From Promethearchaeota archaeon (lineage in GTDB: Archaea; Asgardarchaeota; Lokiarchaeia; Sigyniarchaeales; SOKP01), in assembly GCA_048941625.1 (NCBI GenBank), contig JBHLNK010000002.1, forward strand, positions 5,098-69,097: DNA of 64,000 nt, in the 5' to 3' direction. This document shows, piece after piece, positions 60,484-64,000 of the stretch (the first letter of the stretch is position 1; each line of letters opens with the position of its first letter). The translations under genes and the position numbers were made by a program. Under the pieces are notes generated by a model. That model was not told the DNA's origin and made no database searches. It saw nothing but the letters and a program-made list of their open reading frames with translations.

Positions 60484-61632
60484 ATGATAGAACCACATGG
60501 AGGCAGATTAATTAGTAAAAATTTACCTAGATTTGAAAAAGAAAGAATAATCAGAGAAATTGATGAATTCAATAAAGTAATTGTCGGACCAGAAACAATA
60601 AAGGTTATTAAGAATATAGCTTTTGGAGTTTTCAGCCCATTAGAGGGATTTATGAATGAGAACGATTATAGTTATTCATTAAATACCATGTATCTAGAAA
60701 ATGATATTGCTTGGCCTTTCCCAATAACTCTAGATGTCTCTGAAGAAGAAATTTATGATATAAAAAGTGATGATCAACTTATTCTAATGGACGATAGAGA
60801 AACTCCTATTGCTTTAATGAATGTAGAAATGATTTACAATTATAGCAAAAAGGAATATGCAAAAAAAACATTTGATACTTTAGATAAAAGTCATCCAGGA
60901 GTTAATAATGTCTTTAGTTATAAAAGCAAACTTATAGGAGGAAAAATTTACTTAATTAACGAACCTAGTCCAGTCTTTCCAAATTTAGATTTAAAGCCAA
61001 TAGAAACAAGAGTACTATTTAAGGAAAAAGGATGGGATAGAATTGTGGCTTTTCAGACTAGAAATCCACCCCATTTGGGACATGAATATATTCAAAAAGC
61101 AGGATTAACGTATGTAGATGGATTATTCATCAATCCAGTAATTGGCAAGAAAAAAAAAGGAGATTTCTTAGATGATGTAATAATTGAGTCATATAAAGCT
61201 CTAATCGAAGAATACTACCCAAAAAATAGAGTTGTATTAAGTACATTTGAGACAGAAATGAGATATGCTGGGCCTAAAGAAGCTATATTCCACGCAATAA
61301 CAAGGAAAAATTTTGGTTGTGATCATATAATCATTGGTCGTGATCATGCAGGAGTGGGTGGTTTTTATGGTCCTTATGATGCACACGATATCTTTGATAA
61401 CTTTCCAGATTTAGGTATTAAACCAATAAAATTCAGATCTTTTTCAAAATGCTCCAAATGTAATTCTGTTGTAAATGATAAAATTTGTCCTCATCCACCA
61501 AAAATGCAGAATTATTTCGCTGGAAGAGAAATCAGAGAAAAATTAAAGAGTGGGATATCTCCTGATCCGGAAGTTATGCGGCCTGAAGTTACAAAAGTAA
61601 TTTTACAATATGAAAATCCTTTTGTAACTTAA
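60484..61632 (+). CDS. sat: Sulfate adenylyltransferase (ATP sulfurylase)
   Basis: PHGG, FSPLEGFM, FQTRNPPHLGHE, MRYAGPKEA, IIGRDHAGVG, Zn site C..C......CPH. Confidence 0.96.
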   Translation: MIEPHGGRLISKNLPRFEKERIIREIDEFNKVIVGPETIKVIKNIAFGVFSPLEGFMNENDYSYSLNTMYLENDIAWPFPITLDVSEEEIYDIKSDDQLILMDDRETPIALMNVEMIYNYSKKEYAKKTFDTLDKSHPGVNNVFSYKSKLIGGKIYLINEPSPVFPNLDLKPIETRVLFKEKGWDRIVAFQTRNPPHLGHEYIQKAGLTYVDGLFINPVIGKKKKGDFLDDVIIESYKALIEEYYPKNRVVLSTFETEMRYAGPKEAIFHAITRKNFGCDHIIIGRDHAGVGGFYGPYDAHDIFDNFPDLGIKPIKFRSFSKCSKCNSVVNDKICPHPPKMQNYFAGREIREKLKSGISPDPEVMRPEVTKVILQYENPFVT

Positions 61633-61660
61633 TCTTCAACCATTCAATAGACTAAAAATT

Positions 61661-63055
61661 ATGATTGTTATGAAGAATAAAAAAAAAATACTCGTTATAG
61701 GTTTAGACTGTGCTACTCCTAAAACTATATTTGAAGATTTCTTGGATGACTGTCCAACATTAAAAATGATGATAAAAAATGGGGTATATGGAAAATTAAG
61801 AACATGTGATCCACCGATTACTATTCCTGCATGGATGGTTATGTCAACTGGTAAGAAAGCGGGGACTCTTGGATTATATGGATTTAGACATAGAAAAGAT
61901 AACTCATATGATGATTACTGGATCGCAACATCAAATAATATAAAAGAGCCAAAGATATGGGATATAATAGCAAAAAAAGGTTTGAAATCCTGTATCTTAG
62001 GGATACCTCCAACATATCCTGTTCAGCCAATAAATGGGTGGGTTGTTTCAGGTTTCATTACTCCTGATATATCGTCAAATTTTACATACCCCTCAGAATT
62101 AAAGAAAGAGATAGAAGAAAATATTGGGAAATATATTATAGATGTGAATTTTAGCGTAGACGACAAATTAGTTTTATTAACAGAGATTTATGAAATGACA
62201 AAAGTTCAATTCAAAACAATAAAGTATCTATTACAAAATAAACAATGGGATTACTTTAAATTCGTAATTATTGGATTAGACAGATTTCATCATGCCTTTT
62301 GGAAATTTTATGATAAAAATCACCCTAAATACAAAACCAATAATCAATTTGAAGGAGAATTAAAGAAATTTTATCAATATTTGGATAAAGAAATTGGAGA
62401 AATATTGAATTTACTGGACGAGAATACAAGTGTAATGGTCGTCTCAGATCATGGTGCAAAAGCTATGAAAGGTTTAATATGTATTAATATGGCTCTTGAA
62501 ACACTAGGTTTATTAAAGTTTAGAAGCAAACCAAAACCTAAAACTAGATTAGCTGATAATGATATTGATTGGTCAAATACCTATGCTTGGGGTTGGGGGG
62601 GATATTATGCAAGAGTTTTTCTTAATGTAGAAGGTAGAGAGCCTAACGGGATTATTAAGCCAAAAAATTACGAAAAAATGAGAGATGAAATAATAGGTAA
62701 AATTAAGACTATAAAAGATAATATGGGTAATTCAATGAATACTATAATTAAGAAACCAGAAGATATATTTGAAGTCGTTAATGGGGATTCACCAGATCTT
62801 ATGGTTTATTTTGATGATTTAAATTGGAGATCTGCTGGTACAGTTGGGTATGATTCAATGTATTTAGATGAAAATGATACTGGTCCTGATGATGCTGTTC
62901 ATGATTGGTTTGGTATTTATATTTTATATGATCCTAAAAAAAAAATAGGGAAAAACTTAGGAATAAAAAGCATATTAGACATTGCTCCAACATCTTTAAA
63001 GATATTAGGTGTTGAAATTCCTAAAGATTTAGAGGGTAATATAATTTATTTTTAA
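61661..63055 (+). CDS. Alkaline-phosphatase-superfamily (NPP/type I phosphodiesterase-like) protein
   Basis: IGLDCA, PPITIPAW (Thr nucleophile), DRFHH, VSDHG, DDAVH. Confidence 0.88.
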   Translation: MIVMKNKKKILVIGLDCATPKTIFEDFLDDCPTLKMMIKNGVYGKLRTCDPPITIPAWMVMSTGKKAGTLGLYGFRHRKDNSYDDYWIATSNNIKEPKIWDIIAKKGLKSCILGIPPTYPVQPINGWVVSGFITPDISSNFTYPSELKKEIEENIGKYIIDVNFSVDDKLVLLTEIYEMTKVQFKTIKYLLQNKQWDYFKFVIIGLDRFHHAFWKFYDKNHPKYKTNNQFEGELKKFYQYLDKEIGEILNLLDENTSVMVVSDHGAKAMKGLICINMALETLGLLKFRSKPKPKTRLADNDIDWSNTYAWGWGGYYARVFLNVEGREPNGIIKPKNYEKMRDEIIGKIKTIKDNMGNSMNTIIKKPEDIFEVVNGDSPDLMVYFDDLNWRSAGTVGYDSMYLDENDTGPDDAVHDWFGIYILYDPKKKIGKNLGIKSILDIAPTSLKILGVEIPKDLEGNIIYF

Positions 63056-63071
63056 AAGAAGAGGAAAAAAT

Positions 63072-63611
63072 ATGGAACATAAAGGATTTACATTATGGTT
63101 TACGGGATTACCTTGTTCAGGTAAAACTGTACTTGCAAATGCTGTTAGAGATGATTTGAAAGCAAAGGGTATGAAAGTAGAAAGACTTGATGGAGATATT
63201 GTACGTAAGAGTTTAACAAAAGATTTAGGCTTTACTGAAGAAGATCGAAATATGAATATTGAGCGAGTAACATTTGTTGCTAAACTCTTAACCCGAAATG
63301 GAGTTGCTGTTCTTGCTTCTTTTGTATCACCTTATAATAAAATAAGACAATATTCTCGAAAAGAGATTGGAGATTTTATTCTTGTCTATGTGAAGTGTTC
63401 AATTGAAGTATGTGAAGATAGAGACGTTAAAGGAATGTATATGAAAGCTAGATTAGGGGAAATTAAAGATTTTACCGGAATTAACCATCCTTTTGAAGAA
63501 CCTCTGAATGCAGATATCATTGTTGAGACTGATAAGCAAAATATAGGTGAAAGTAAAGAAATAATAATAAAAGCATTAGATTCAATGGGTTATTTACCTA
63601 AAGAAATATGA
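63072..63611 (+). CDS. cysC: Adenylyl-sulfate kinase
   Basis: WFTGLPCSGKT, LDGDIVR, LGF..EDR, SP, RDVKGMY, FTGI..PFEEP. Confidence 0.96.
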   Translation: MEHKGFTLWFTGLPCSGKTVLANAVRDDLKAKGMKVERLDGDIVRKSLTKDLGFTEEDRNMNIERVTFVAKLLTRNGVAVLASFVSPYNKIRQYSRKEIGDFILVYVKCSIEVCEDRDVKGMYMKARLGEIKDFTGINHPFEEPLNADIIVETDKQNIGESKEIIIKALDSMGYLPKEI

Positions 63612-63638
63612 TACATAAGTTAAATAAGAGTATTAAGA

Positions 63639-64000
63639 TTATTCGAGTATTTCTTTTATCTGGTTTATTAATTCTTTTTTGTTCAAACCATAATAATCGA
63701 ATAAAATCTCCCGATTTCCAGATTGACCAAAGTTATCTTCTATACCAATAATCTTTATAATCTTAGGGACTCTTTTTGAAATAATTCTTGCTATTATACT
63801 ACCAAAACCACAATAAACATTATGTTCTTCTAGAACAATAATTCCTTTAACTTCTAATAACTCATTTAATAGTACTTTTTCATCAATAGGTTTAACAGTA
63901 GGAAGATTTATCACCTTAACTGATATTTTTAGCTGTTTTTCAATCTCCATACTTGAATTAATAGCAAGAACACTACCATATCCAGTTCCTATAAAACAAA
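63639..64000 (-). CDS. Transketolase C-terminal-type subunit (5'-truncated by the window)
   Basis: Frame open to the window end (CFIGTGYGSV...); NLPTVKPID, LEEHNVYCGFGS, IGIEDNFGQSG. Confidence 0.85.
   Translation of the reverse strand, partial: CFIGTGYGSVLAINSSMEIEKQLKISVKVINLPTVKPIDEKVLLNELLEVKGIIVLEEHNVYCGFGSIIARIISKRVPKIIKIIGIEDNFGQSGNREILFDYYGLNKKELINQIKEILE

Noticed and set aside
60484-63611. Dissimilatory or assimilatory sulfate reduction
   Set aside because: No aprAB, dsr, cysH or sulfite reductase in the window. APS kinase and the glycan context favour PAPS for sulfation, though genes elsewhere cannot be excluded.

Overview
AT-rich, gene-dense archaeal chromosome segment. Gene content points to an Asgard archaeon of the Lokiarchaeia type (inference): RadA with a Rad51-like Walker A, archaeal-type PheRS, TyrRS and PPAT, a Vps29-like protein, a standalone LRR protein, and SCP2/FadD/AOR lipid genes. 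About 1-33.6 kb is housekeeping and catabolism: radA, PGI-like, aspartokinase, U32, the histidine utilisation cluster, LRR, Fe-ADH, SCP2, acyl-CoA ligases, AOR, tyrS, ppdK, DUF1512, coaD and pheST. About 33.8-60 kb is a visibly more AT-rich surface-glycan locus with a GT-C-like transferase, seven GT2/GT4 glycosyltransferases, four SAM methyltransferases, GDP- and CDP-sugar enzymes, a DUF362/CapK-like pair and an ABC-2 exporter. It is followed by an RHH-sat-alkaline-phosphatase-superfamily-cysC operon. Best leads: (1) that operon as a PAPS-making sulfation module with no canonical sulfotransferase, whose RHH protein carries the 'RLxxLGY' tail usually fused to such enzymes; (2) coaD with no in-frame ATG/GTG/TTG ahead of its catalytic motif (ATT start or -1 frameshift at A-AAA-AAG), plus two more apparent ATT/ATA starts; (3) a zinc-finger/acidic N-terminal extension on RadA; (4) DUF1512 as a possibly circularly permuted HybD/YyaC-like protease; (5) structured-RNA candidates upstream of pheS. 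No rRNA, tRNA, CRISPR array or transposase was recognised. All calls are from motif recognition by eye; no searches were run.
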